The notes below the pieces were generated by a model. That model was not told the origin of the DNA and ran no database searches. It saw only the letters and a list, made by a program, of their open reading frames with translations. A program made the position numbers and the translations under genes. A stretch of DNA of 34,440 nucleotides from positions 1 through 34,440 of IMG/VR virus record IMGVR_UViG_3300028030_000038; one strand, given 5' to 3'. This DNA is from a virus. Lineage: Duplodnaviria; Caudoviricetes. Positions within the stretch are counted from its first letter, which is position 1. Each line of letters opens with the position of its first letter. Shown piece after piece: positions 8,162 through 17,958 of the stretch.

Positions 8162-9460
8162 ATGATTTTAGAGATAGATATACCGGAATGGGCTGAACCG
8201 CTGGAAGAAGAGGCGCGTTATTTAGGCGCATGGGGTGGTCGTGGTTCTGGCAAATCTCATTATTTCGCTGAAAAGCTTATTGAGACGTGCGTAAGAAAAA
8301 AAACAGAAGCCGTTTGTATTCGTGAAATACAAAAATCGCTTAGTAAGTCTGCCAAGAAACTACTAGAAAATAAGATTGAATCGCTTGGTGTGTCGCATTT
8401 ATTTGAAGTTCAGAATGATTTAATTAAATGCCATCACGGTGGCGTAATCCTGTTTCAGGGTATGCAAGACCATACTGCAGACTCAATAAAATCACTAGAG
8501 GGAATGGATATTGCCTGGGTTGAAGAAGCACAATCACTATCTGAAAGATCATTAGAGTTATTACGACCAACTATTCGAGGTGAGAACTCGCAAATATGGT
8601 TTAGCTGGAATCCATTTAGGCGCACTGATGCAGTTGATAAGTTCCTGCGTGGCACAAAACCAAAAAACTCAATAGTTGTTAGAGCCAATTTTAGTGATAA
8701 TCCATGGTTGCCAAAGGTTTTGTTGGAAGAGCAGGAGCTAGATAAATCACGAATAACTGACCAAACATCACAAGATAAGTACAATCATGTGTGGTTAGGT
8801 CACTATGTTTCAATGACTGCAACACAATTCATACCGACATACATGATTGAGGAAGCAAGCGGAAGGCATTTAAGACCTGATCAATACAATTTTGCCCCTG
8901 TAATTATCAGTTGTGATCCAGCATGGGAAGGTGATGATGATCTTGTTATTGGGAAAAGACAGGGTTTAACATTCAAAGTATTAGAGCGGTTAGAAAAAAA
9001 CGATAACGATTTTGTGGTAGCAAACAAAATAGCCAGATATGAAGATGAATACAAAGCGGATGCAGTGTTTATTGACGGCGGTTATGGTACAGGGATTATA
9101 TCAGGCGGTCGCACAATGGGTAGGAATTGGCAGATAGTGTGGTTCAATGGCAAATCATCAAGAAAAGACTGTGTTAATAAACGCGCTGAAATGATAGCGA
9201 ATATTAAAGATTGGATTGAAGCTGGCGGAAGTTTTGAGGAAAATAGTAAGCTAGAGGAAGAATTAATATCATTGGAAACACTGCCAGATGAAGGCGGACG
9301 AATAAAATTCCCAAAAAAACAGAAGCAAAAAGAAGATTTAGGCAGAAGCCCTAACGATATGGATGCGCTAGGCTTAACATTTGCATTCCCTGTGCATAAA
9401 AAGCTACCAAAGCACATGCAAAACAACAAGAAGTTTGACCCATTGGCGCGCTTAAGGTGA
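8162..9460 (+). CDS. terL: terminase large subunit (PBSX-like ATPase plus RNase H-like nuclease)
   Basis: Walker A GGRGSGKS, CIREIQKSL, Walker B AWVEEAQ, LRPTIR; nuclease motifs SCDPA...GDD and RSPNDMDAL. Confidence 0.95.
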   Translation: MILEIDIPEWAEPLEEEARYLGAWGGRGSGKSHYFAEKLIETCVRKKTEAVCIREIQKSLSKSAKKLLENKIESLGVSHLFEVQNDLIKCHHGGVILFQGMQDHTADSIKSLEGMDIAWVEEAQSLSERSLELLRPTIRGENSQIWFSWNPFRRTDAVDKFLRGTKPKNSIVVRANFSDNPWLPKVLLEEQELDKSRITDQTSQDKYNHVWLGHYVSMTATQFIPTYMIEEASGRHLRPDQYNFAPVIISCDPAWEGDDDLVIGKRQGLTFKVLERLEKNDNDFVVANKIARYEDEYKADAVFIDGGYGTGIISGGRTMGRNWQIVWFNGKSSRKDCVNKRAEMIANIKDWIEAGGSFEENSKLEEELISLETLPDEGGRIKFPKKQKQKEDLGRSPNDMDALGLTFAFPVHKKLPKHMQNNKKFDPLARLR

Positions 9461-9464
9461 TTAA

Positions 9465-9493
9465 TTGTAATAAAATTGTAATATCGGTATAAT
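9465..9493 (+). promoter_or_regulatory. sigma70-type promoter
   Basis: TTGTAA (9465-9470), 17-bp spacer, TATAAT (9488-9493). Confidence 0.65.
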
Positions 9494-9529
9494 TGAATCG
9501 TTGGCCAGTGGAGACACGGCTAATAATGT

Positions 9530-9670
9530 GTTGGTTAGTAGCATGATAGTTAAAGCGATAAATAGTTCGCTAGGTCATGTGATAGCTCAGGTAGGAGAGC
9601 AAGTAATATTTTTTGTCCAAGGAGATATTATAGTGGGGTGGTGCAAGTCCACCGAAAACTACTAACCAAC
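9530..9670 (+). ncRNA. tRNA-like structured RNA (non-canonical)
   Basis: Perfect 12-bp closing stem (9530-9541/9659-9670), D-arm-like TAGCTCAGGTAGGAGAGC, T-arm GGTGG-TGCAAGT-CCACC, an elongated middle arm and an extra hairpin. Confidence 0.6.
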
Positions 9671-9727
9671 TATTTAATTTAAACGTGAATGTCGTGATGA
9701 CATACACTATCCCATTGAAGGATTTTT

Positions 9728-9904
9728 ATGTGTTCAACACCTAAAGCACCGCCACCACCTGCACCATTAGCTGCTGCACCTCGTTTGCCGAATGAGGTAA
9801 ACAGAGGACTATCCAAAAAGCCTAATGGTCAGCAACAATCAATCATAACATCCGCCCGCGGAATCTATCAGCCACTAGGCGGTAAGGACTTGCTCGGTCA
9901 ATGA
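9728..9904 (+). CDS. small Pro-rich pre-portal virion protein (58 aa)
   Basis: MCSTPKAPPPPAP...SIITSARG...GKDLLGQ*, the typical small gene ahead of BPP-1-like portals; AAGGA RBS; ATGA overlap. Confidence 0.8.
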   Translation: MCSTPKAPPPPAPLAAAPRLPNEVNRGLSKKPNGQQQSIITSARGIYQPLGGKDLLGQ

Positions 9905-11568
9905 GCGAGAAGCTAATAAAAACCTCCAACATGACTGCAAGCTCATTAGAAAATGAGTTTAGCCGCATGCGCTCGTGGTTTGTTGATTTATCGGAGTTTC
10001 ATCTTGGCTACCGTGGCAGATTTCTAGGCGAAGGAAAGAAACACGGCAGAATAAGTCGCTCAAAAAGAGTGTTAAATAAGCGCTCACGAAAAGCCGCGCA
10101 GACTATGCAAGGCGGCTTTCAAGCGGGTATCACCTCACCCTCACGACCATGGTTCCGACTAAAGACGCATAATACTATCCTCATGGACTCGCCGGATGTA
10201 TCTATATGGCTGCACGAGGTAGAAACATTAATGCGTGAGGTGTTTGCACAATCAAATACTTATAACAGTTTGTTGGCTATGTACCTGGAGCTGGGTGTAT
10301 TTGGAACCGCAGCTGTTGGAATATACGAAGATTATGAGAATGTAATACGGTTAGAGACTTTTACAATCGGTCAGTATAGAATAGGGCGAAATGCAAAAGG
10401 AGAGATTGATACATTCGTACATGATTACCAACTAACAGTAAATGAGTTGGTGAAGGAGTTTGGTAAGGAAAGCGTGTCGCCAAAAGTAATGAACGCATGG
10501 AAAGCTGGAAGAACGGACGAATTAATCAGTATCAGGCACATTGTAGAGCCTAATAATGATAGAAATTCTGTTAGCCCATTGGCTAAACACAAGAAATTCA
10601 GGTCTCTTTATTATGAAAAGACATCAAAAAATAAGCTTCTAAGGGAAAGTGGCTTTGATTCATTCCCGTATATATGCCCTCGCTGGGAGGTTGTAGGGCA
10701 AGATACATACGCGACAAACTGCCCCGGCATGGCTTCTTTAGACTATGCAATGGCATTGCAGGTAGATGAAAATAAACTTGCGCTATCTACTGAACACTCC
10801 AGCGACCCCGCATATCAAATACCTTCATCGCTAGTGGCACAATTACCAGATGGATCGTTGCATCCAGGCACACAAATACCAGTTGATGATATGGGCTACG
10901 GAGCGAAGGCGATATTTGACGGGACATTTTTTAGGACAGATGGCCTGGAAAAAAGCATCGACCGGAAAGAAAGGCAGATTTCAGAAATGTTTTTTGAAAA
11001 TCTTTTTTTGATGCTCATAAATTCAGACAGAACACAGATAACAGCAACAGAGATTAACGCAAAGAACTCTGAAAAGATAATGGCAATAGGGCCTGTACTG
11101 GAGCGACTAAATCAGGAGGCATTAACGCCTTTAATCCGTAGAACATTCGAAATAATGAGCAAGGCAGGTATTCTGCCAGAACCACCAGAAGAGTTACAAA
11201 ATGAGGAGGTCAAGGTAGACTACATATCTGTGCTTGCACAAGCGCAGAAATTAACGCAGCTAAGCGAGATACAGCAATTCTCGGCTTATGTAGCTCAGAT
11301 GTCTGAACTAAATCCAGAGGCTTTGATGAAGTTTGATATTAAAGAAGCGATAGACTCATACGGTGAAGCACTGGGAATAGAGCCAAAACTGATTCGATCA
11401 AATGAAGATGTACAAGCATTGATAGAGCAACAACAGCAAGCGCAACAGGCGCAACAAATGCAAGAGCAAGCTGCACAGATGGCGCAAACAGCAAAAACTA
11501 TCAGCGAAGTTGATACGAGTGGTGACAATGCGATGAACAGATTATTGAGTGGGACATTAGGTGGATAA
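9901..11568 (+). CDS. portal (head-tail connector), T7/BPP-1-like
   Basis: GITSPSRPWFRL, SNTY...YLELGVFGTA, TATEI...IGPVLERLNQE.L.PLI.R.F, Gln-rich crown. Confidence 0.93.
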   Translation: MSEKLIKTSNMTASSLENEFSRMRSWFVDLSEFHLGYRGRFLGEGKKHGRISRSKRVLNKRSRKAAQTMQGGFQAGITSPSRPWFRLKTHNTILMDSPDVSIWLHEVETLMREVFAQSNTYNSLLAMYLELGVFGTAAVGIYEDYENVIRLETFTIGQYRIGRNAKGEIDTFVHDYQLTVNELVKEFGKESVSPKVMNAWKAGRTDELISIRHIVEPNNDRNSVSPLAKHKKFRSLYYEKTSKNKLLRESGFDSFPYICPRWEVVGQDTYATNCPGMASLDYAMALQVDENKLALSTEHSSDPAYQIPSSLVAQLPDGSLHPGTQIPVDDMGYGAKAIFDGTFFRTDGLEKSIDRKERQISEMFFENLFLMLINSDRTQITATEINAKNSEKIMAIGPVLERLNQEALTPLIRRTFEIMSKAGILPEPPEELQNEEVKVDYISVLAQAQKLTQLSEIQQFSAYVAQMSELNPEALMKFDIKEAIDSYGEALGIEPKLIRSNEDVQALIEQQQQAQQAQQMQEQAAQMAQTAKTISEVDTSGDNAMNRLLSGTLGG

Positions 11569-11869
11569 GGATTTAGTAAAACAGCGTGAGGAAGAAACAA
11601 GGGCGCGCGAAGTAAGACTGGAAAATTTAAACGCCGCATATAAACACGTAATGGATGATCCTCAAGGACGGATGGTTATAATGGATATTATAGGCATGTC
11701 GGGAATGCTGGCAAACTCTGCATCTAATGCAGGATTTAAAACAAATGAAACTTTTTACCACGAGGGTAAAAGGTTTGTAGGCGTTGTACTGACAGGGCGG
11801 ATTAAAACTTTATGCCCTGGCAGTTACATCAAAATGGAGCAAGAAGCTCTGAAACGTAATAGTGAATAA
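11561..11869 (+). CDS. Bbp19-like protein
   Basis: VMDDPQGRMVI...TFYHEGKRFVG; lies between portal and scaffold. Confidence 0.75.
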   Translation: MDKDLVKQREEETRAREVRLENLNAAYKHVMDDPQGRMVIMDIIGMSGMLANSASNAGFKTNETFYHEGKRFVGVVLTGRIKTLCPGSYIKMEQEALKRNSE

Positions 11870-11882
11870 CGGTGTATTAACT

Positions 11883-12578
11883 ATGAAATTTATGAATTAT
11901 GGAAACTGGGGCCGGACTTACCGCGAAGAAAACGGTGGTGATGGTTCTGATTTAGGCGCTGGCGGTGAAGATAATACCGATGGTGGCGACGATGCCACTA
12001 AAACAGATTTAACCCTTGGCGGTGACGACAAAAAGGATGATTTAAAACTTGGCGATGAAAACAAGGATGATGCTGATAAGGATAAAACCGAAGGCGCGCC
12101 AGAAACATACGCTGATTTTGAAGTTCCTGAGGGTGTAGAACTCGACAAGGATTTGATAGGCAAAGCAAGTGAGCTATTCAAAGAGGCGAATATGTCTCAA
12201 GAAACAGCTCAGAAGTTTGTTGATTTGTACGCAGGGGCGCAACAAGAAGCCACTGATGCAATGGTTAAGATGCACACTGATCAAGTAGCAGATTGGGAGA
12301 CTAATCTACGCGCTGATAAAGATATTGGTGGCGACAATCTTAATCAATCATTAGCAAACGCAAAACTTGCTTTACAAACTCATGGTACACCTGAATTAAC
12401 AAAGTATCTCGATGAAACAGGGTTAGGGAAGCACCCTGAAATAATCCGATTGCTGAATAATTTTGGCGCAACTTTACAAGAAGATAACCCGGGTGCAGGA
12501 AAGCCGAGCGGTGGCGATGGTATGACGCCAGAAGAAGAACGCCTGGCAAGAATGTACCCTGAACAACAAAGGAATTAA
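11883..12578 (+). CDS. capsid assembly scaffolding protein
   Basis: Acidic N-terminus, GAPETYADFEVPEG, SQETAQK, LDETGLGKHPE.IR; immediately before the capsid gene. Confidence 0.85.
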   Translation: MKFMNYGNWGRTYREENGGDGSDLGAGGEDNTDGGDDATKTDLTLGGDDKKDDLKLGDENKDDADKDKTEGAPETYADFEVPEGVELDKDLIGKASELFKEANMSQETAQKFVDLYAGAQQEATDAMVKMHTDQVADWETNLRADKDIGGDNLNQSLANAKLALQTHGTPELTKYLDETGLGKHPEIIRLLNNFGATLQEDNPGAGKPSGGDGMTPEEERLARMYPEQQRN

Positions 12579-12581
12579 ATT

Positions 12582-13592
12582 ATGTCTATTTTAGGCGGAA
12601 CATATTTAGATTTAGCGGACGAGTGCAAACGCACGAATCCAGATGGCTCAATGGCAGATGTCATTGAAATGCTTACGGCTCTTAACCCAATCATGGAAGA
12701 TGCTAATGTGATGGAGTGTAACCAGGGGACAACACACTTGCACACTGTTAGAACAGGCTTACCAGAAGTTGCATGGGGTCGTTTGTATAAGGGTATCAAG
12801 CAAGGAAAGGGTTCTTATGCCCAGGTCACAGATACTACGGGGTTTGTTGAGGGGCTATCGACAGTCGATGAACGCTTGCTGAAACTATCGAAAAACCCTG
12901 CTGCATTGCGACTGCAAGAAGCACAGGGATTTTTGGAAGCTATTGCACAGGAAGTACAACGTAAGTTCTTTTATGGTTCTACAGCAAGCGATCCAGATCA
13001 AATCCGTGGTTTGGCAGATAGATACAGTAAGTTATCCGGTGCTAAAAACTCCTCACAGATTGTAGATGCAGGTGGCACAGGAAATGATAATACGTCAGTT
13101 TGGTTTATTACGTGGGGCAACAAGAATACATCATTGTTATATCCGCGTGGGACACAGGCTGGTATTACCCGCGAGGATAAAGGCTCGCAACGTGTTACAG
13201 ATGCAGATGGAAACGCCTTCTACGTGAAAGAGGAGTTATTTACGCAGCATTGTGGCGTATCTGATGAAGATTGGAGATTTACAGCGCGTATCGCCAACAT
13301 AGATGTTTCTGATTTGCGAGACGGGAATGTTCAAATGTATAACTTAATGCGTAAAGCATATTACAAGTTGCACAACCGCCGTCCTGGTGAAGGCAGAAAC
13401 TTCAAGATATACATGAACCGCGAAGTTCTGGAAGCGCTAGACGCAGAAGCCTCTAATGCTACAGCGGGAGACAATGCTGTACGCTTAACCCGTGAAACGG
13501 TAGAGGGTAAGGAAGTATTGACATACAGAGGTATGGAAATCCGAGAGCTTGATACATCAGTTCTTCTCAATACTGAAGCCCGTGTCGTATAA
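12582..13592 (+). CDS. major capsid protein (BPP-1-like, HK97 fold)
   Basis: VIEMLTALNPIMED...ECNQGTTH..TVRTGLP, FFYG, IVDAGGTGNDNTSVW, RIANID, LLNTEARVV. Confidence 0.95.
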   Translation: MSILGGTYLDLADECKRTNPDGSMADVIEMLTALNPIMEDANVMECNQGTTHLHTVRTGLPEVAWGRLYKGIKQGKGSYAQVTDTTGFVEGLSTVDERLLKLSKNPAALRLQEAQGFLEAIAQEVQRKFFYGSTASDPDQIRGLADRYSKLSGAKNSSQIVDAGGTGNDNTSVWFITWGNKNTSLLYPRGTQAGITREDKGSQRVTDADGNAFYVKEELFTQHCGVSDEDWRFTARIANIDVSDLRDGNVQMYNLMRKAYYKLHNRRPGEGRNFKIYMNREVLEALDAEASNATAGDNAVRLTRETVEGKEVLTYRGMEIRELDTSVLLNTEARVV

Positions 13593-13599
13593 TCCAGTT

Positions 13600-13621
13600 C
13601 TGCCCTTCGGGGCAGTTCTCT
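13600..13621 (+). terminator. hairpin/terminator after the capsid gene
   Basis: CTGCCC-TTCG-GGGCAG followed by TTCTCT. Confidence 0.6.
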
Positions 13622-13641
13622 AATTTAAAGGTAAATTTAAA

Positions 13642-14082
13642 ATGAGTATTTTTTCACAAGAGCTGCTTTTTTCAGACAAGCAAGCGGTGACCGCCACAGC
13701 GGTTTCTGATAACGTAATTGACCTTGGCAAAAAGTCAGTTATCCCATCGACCGGAACCCAAATGCAAGGTGATGCTGGCGCAGGCAACGACATTCCCGTG
13801 GCGATCCATGTTGTTGAAGATTTTGCAGGTAATACAGACTTGCAAGTGGTATTTCAAACATCCGATACAGTAGATGCAACCGGAGCATTAACTAACGCAA
13901 AGGATATTGCACAAACAGTAGCCGTGCCGGTAGCGGACTTAAAAGCTGGGTATCGCTTTAATTTGAGCGAGATCCCAGAGCAGACAACTGGCCGTTACAT
14001 TGGCCTTAATTATGTCGTAGGTGGTACAGCCACGGCCGGAAAGATTATGGCAGGTGTTACCGCTGGCAATGCGGAGGGATAA
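13642..14082 (+). CDS. capsid cement/decoration protein (Bbp16-like)
   Basis: LLFSDKQAVTATAVSDNVIDLG...RYIGLNYVV.GTATAGKI.AG. Confidence 0.85.
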   Translation: MSIFSQELLFSDKQAVTATAVSDNVIDLGKKSVIPSTGTQMQGDAGAGNDIPVAIHVVEDFAGNTDLQVVFQTSDTVDATGALTNAKDIAQTVAVPVADLKAGYRFNLSEIPEQTTGRYIGLNYVVGGTATAGKIMAGVTAGNAEG

Positions 14083-14086
14083 GAAA

Positions 14087-14482
14087 ATGGAGTATATTGT
14101 ACTTAATAGAGGTTATATCAATGGTCGCATCTATGAGGCTGGAGAGACATTTAACGCCGACGATGCGCCAGAATCAACCTGGTATGAACCAGCCGATGGG
14201 GAGAAGGCTAAGAAGCCAAAGAAGCCAAAGAAGGCAAAGGCCAATAGCCCTGTTAAACCTATTAGCGAGATTGGCGATGCTGAGCAAAAACAAGCACGCC
14301 TTGATGCTCTACAAGCTGCCTATGAGAGCCTTGATCCAACCAATGATGATGACTGGACGAAGAAAGGGCTGGTTGATTTAAATGCATTAAACAGTAAGCA
14401 TGAAGGTGATGACTTTTCTCGGGGAGATGTGCCAGACACAATGAACCGAGAGGCACTTCTGGAACAGCTAACGAATGGCTAA
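14087..14482 (+). CDS. hypothetical head-associated protein
   Basis: ATG 14087 with GGAGG RBS; GYINGRIYEAGETF and LDPTNDDDWTKKG motifs. Confidence 0.75.
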   Translation: MEYIVLNRGYINGRIYEAGETFNADDAPESTWYEPADGEKAKKPKKPKKAKANSPVKPISEIGDAEQKQARLDALQAAYESLDPTNDDDWTKKGLVDLNALNSKHEGDDFSRGDVPDTMNREALLEQLTNG

Positions 14483-15179
14483 CCAAGTTCAAATATGCAA
14501 TATGGCATTGGCATCTATTGGTGCCGACCCTATTGATTCGATAACAGAGCCATCTAACGAGGCTGAGAAGTGCAAGTTGTTCTTTGATGCCTCGTTAGAG
14601 TTTATTCTGTCCGCATATCGGTGGCGGTTTATATCAAGAACGCAAAGGCTAACCGTCATCAATCAAGAGGAGGTTGTTGTAGATGCAACTAAGACACCTC
14701 CGACCAAACAAATAAAACGGCCAGTTGATTGGTCGTTTATGTACGCATATCCTGCTGATGCGCTACGCATCGATGGCATTATTGGGGGTTTCTCTACTCC
14801 ACGAGAGCGCCAAGATACAAGCATGGAAATGCTATACAATCTTTATTGTAAAGACTATCAAATAGAGTACCAACTAGCGCAAGGCAAGAATGACAAGGTT
14901 ATTCTATGCGATTATGAAAACGCCATTGTGCGTTATTCGCATAGGATAGAAGATATAACTCAACTCTCTGCACCACTGGTAGAGGCATTAGTAGCGTATC
15001 TTGCTAGTAAGCTGGCGCTGCCATTAATCGGAGGTAGAGAGGGGCGCTCGTATCAGCAACAGGCATATAATGAATATGCTATAAAGATAAAAACAGCGCT
15101 AACGCACGATGTAAGCCAGCAAAATAGGGAAACAAGAACAACACGCGCAAAGGGGCTGGTAAATGGCGGAATTTACTAA
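14475..15179 (+). CDS. tail tubular protein A / adaptor (T7 gp11-like)
   Basis: VQICNMALASIG, W.F, YAYPADALRI, EALVAYLASKLA. Confidence 0.88.
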   Translation: MANQVQICNMALASIGADPIDSITEPSNEAEKCKLFFDASLEFILSAYRWRFISRTQRLTVINQEEVVVDATKTPPTKQIKRPVDWSFMYAYPADALRIDGIIGGFSTPRERQDTSMEMLYNLYCKDYQIEYQLAQGKNDKVILCDYENAIVRYSHRIEDITQLSAPLVEALVAYLASKLALPLIGGREGRSYQQQAYNEYAIKIKTALTHDVSQQNRETRTTRAKGLVNGGIY

Positions 15180-17958
15180 AAGAAGCTTCACAGGCGGGGA
15201 AATAGCGCATTCGCTACGCTCTCGTGTAGACCTAAACAAATATCAAGTAGCCCTGGCTAAGTGCAAAAACTTCATGGTTCTACCTGAAGGTGGTGTTATA
15301 AACCGCCCGGGGTTTAAATATCTTGGAGAAGTATCAAAGTCTTTTATCATTCCCTTTCAATTCAATGAAAAGGATAGTTATTCCCTGTATTTCTCTGATA
15401 AGAGATTTGATATTTATCGTTATGGTGTCCATGTGCATAGTACAAAGTCACCTTATAGCTACGAAGATATGAAACAGGCGCAGTATGTGCAAAGCGCGGA
15501 TGTTATTACCATAGCCCATATTAACCACCCATTAAGAACACTAAAGCGGTATGCACATGATAATTGGGTTTTTGATGAGGTGTCGTTCTCATACAATATC
15601 TCACCACCAGTTGGATTAACAGTTGAAAGTGTAGGAAAAGATAGCAAGTCTGATCCAAAGACGTATGATTATGTTGTTACTCAAGTGATTGATGGTAAGG
15701 AATCGCTTCAGTCCTTTACTGCAACAATAACTACAAGCGCATTAAGTGAAACATGGGGTAACAGATTACATTGGCAAGGCGCAGGTGAGAGCTACAATAT
15801 CTATAAAAGCGTATCACCTTCGACGAATGTATTTGGCTGGATTGGAAATTCAAGAACAAATGAGTTCACTGACTACAACATCGCACCAGTTTCATCCGAG
15901 GGTGTTGTTAAGAATAGCAATCCTTTTAATAAACATGAGATAAAAGTAACCAATGAACAAGGGGAAATAAAACAGGGTGATGCGGTAAAAAGTAACTCAT
16001 TTACCGCAGTTGTTACCCGAAAAAATAATGATTCTCTGGTTATTGAGGTGACAGGAGACAAGCCTTTACCGGGTAACAGCATACAATCGTCAAGGACGGT
16101 CTTTAATTTAGCATCCACAACTGGTATTCAACCAGGGATGCTAATTGAAACAGGTGCAGCAAGGGGGAGAGTAATAAGCGTTTCAGGAAATTCCTTAGTC
16201 GTAGAAACGGAAGTAGGAAACTTTGCTAATGGTGATGCGGTAGTAGTAAAGGGTGCAACAGAGGTAACTTATAAGGTTGCCCTTCCTGTGCAGGCTAGCA
16301 AAACAGTAAATACAGTAGTAAATGCAGATGATTCTAAAACTACAACCACAGTATTTATAGACACAGATGGTGTTAAAACAACCACTGTCACAACAGTACA
16401 ACCAGACGGAACTAAGGTAACAACAACGGCAACAGGCGAGGATAGAGTAAGTGTATTCTCTGATGAAAACTCCAATGTGACCTATGAAAAAGTTGCAGGA
16501 ACGCCATTGTCTGTAGGTGATACTCTAACATCAACGAGTGGGGCAACAGGAACAGTAAAAAGTACCAATATTCCTATAGATAATGAGCAGTTAATATCAT
16601 TAACAGAGGGTGATATTCTAAAGCAAAATGATAGGTTTGTGTCTGGTGGTAAGTCCTATATTGTTTTAGGACGTTATATAATTGATGTAGACCTCAACAG
16701 AACAATAACAACGGCACCAGCCCCATCTTATTCCGCAAAAATTGTTAGTATTGAGGATGTATCTAATCCGTCTGTAATCAATTATTACCAACAAAGGCTA
16801 ATGCTGGCAAACACAAAAGAGCAGCCACAGACCACCTTTGCTTCTAAAACATCAGACTATTACGACTTCAGAAAATCAGAGCCAGCAGGAGACAGTGATT
16901 CGTTAGAGTTTACAATCGCATCAGGTCAGATTAATGAGATACGGCATATCATTTCAATGAAGGATTTGCTCTTGCTTACTTCTGGTGGTGTGTGGAAAGT
17001 TACAGAAGGTCAGAATGAAGTATTAACTCCATCGACAGTCGGCGTAAGAAAGTTATCACATTTCGGGAGTTCCAAAACAACACCGTTAAATGTTGGTGAC
17101 TCAACTCTTTTTCTTGAATCGAAAGAGACACGAGTTCGTGATTTGTACGACCTTCAGCAATACCAAAGCGATGACCTGTCTATCTTGTCACAACACCTTT
17201 TCCACGGACATAAAATACTAGACTGGTGCTATCAAGAAGAGCCACACGGCATAGTATGGGCGGTTCGCGATGATGGCGTGTTGTTGGGTATGACCTATCA
17301 CAAAGCACATCAGGTATGGGGATGGCATCAACACCACACGCAAGGCAAATTCATATCGGTAACTTGTGTCACTGAAACAGATAAGGACGTGGTATATGCC
17401 TGTATTGAACGTGATGGTAGATATTATGCCGAACAATTATCAGTGCGTGATGATTCCGATTATGCAAAATTCAGTTTTATGGATTCATTCGTGCGTGGCA
17501 CTGGTAAAACGGTTACTGCTAATCATTTAATCGGTAAAGATGTTGTAATTCTTGCGGATGGGTTTGTTTATAAAGGAAAACTACCGTTCACCCTGCCAAA
17601 ACCTGCCACTAACTGGATTGTTGGACTTGCGTACACTTGTGATATTGAGACATTACCACTTGATGCAAACGAGATTAATAGTACAGGCAAACAGATTGCA
17701 ATGCCGAGCTTAGCGGTTAGATTTGATGATACCGTGGGTGGTGACTTTGGGCAAAGTTTTGATAAATTAACAAAGGGTAAATGGCGCGCACCCTCTGATG
17801 GTTATAATCCTATTGCTAAATACTCAGGTGATTACACTATAAACACGGCTACCAACTGGAAAGCGAAGGGTAAGGTTTGTATTAGGCAGGACAATCCATT
17901 GCCTATGAGTATTTTATCAATAACTCCGAAGGTTATTATTGGAGGAAAAGTGTCGTGA
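15163..17958 (+). CDS. tail tubular protein B / nozzle (T7 gp12-like) with an internal insertion
   Basis: SFTGGEI...R.D..KY...NFMVLPEGG..NRPG, YVQSADV, YYQQRL, WGWHQH.T.G, GLAY, IRQDNPLPMSILSI. Confidence 0.9.
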   Translation: MAEFTKRSFTGGEIAHSLRSRVDLNKYQVALAKCKNFMVLPEGGVINRPGFKYLGEVSKSFIIPFQFNEKDSYSLYFSDKRFDIYRYGVHVHSTKSPYSYEDMKQAQYVQSADVITIAHINHPLRTLKRYAHDNWVFDEVSFSYNISPPVGLTVESVGKDSKSDPKTYDYVVTQVIDGKESLQSFTATITTSALSETWGNRLHWQGAGESYNIYKSVSPSTNVFGWIGNSRTNEFTDYNIAPVSSEGVVKNSNPFNKHEIKVTNEQGEIKQGDAVKSNSFTAVVTRKNNDSLVIEVTGDKPLPGNSIQSSRTVFNLASTTGIQPGMLIETGAARGRVISVSGNSLVVETEVGNFANGDAVVVKGATEVTYKVALPVQASKTVNTVVNADDSKTTTTVFIDTDGVKTTTVTTVQPDGTKVTTTATGEDRVSVFSDENSNVTYEKVAGTPLSVGDTLTSTSGATGTVKSTNIPIDNEQLISLTEGDILKQNDRFVSGGKSYIVLGRYIIDVDLNRTITTAPAPSYSAKIVSIEDVSNPSVINYYQQRLMLANTKEQPQTTFASKTSDYYDFRKSEPAGDSDSLEFTIASGQINEIRHIISMKDLLLLTSGGVWKVTEGQNEVLTPSTVGVRKLSHFGSSKTTPLNVGDSTLFLESKETRVRDLYDLQQYQSDDLSILSQHLFHGHKILDWCYQEEPHGIVWAVRDDGVLLGMTYHKAHQVWGWHQHHTQGKFISVTCVTETDKDVVYACIERDGRYYAEQLSVRDDSDYAKFSFMDSFVRGTGKTVTANHLIGKDVVILADGFVYKGKLPFTLPKPATNWIVGLAYTCDIETLPLDANEINSTGKQIAMPSLAVRFDDTVGGDFGQSFDKLTKGKWRAPSDGYNPIAKYSGDYTINTATNWKAKGKVCIRQDNPLPMSILSITPKVIIGGKVS

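Noticed and set aside
9576-9660. Canonical tRNA gene
   Set aside because: Positions 1-7 (CATGTGA) do not pair with the sequence after the T-arm, the T-loop is TGCAAGT, and the anticodon arm is oversized.
14204-14236. Short tandem repeats (also 19989-20015 and the portal Gln-rich tail)
   Set aside because: They are explained by low-complexity peptides (KKPKKPKK, DSVKDSVKD, poly-Q/A).
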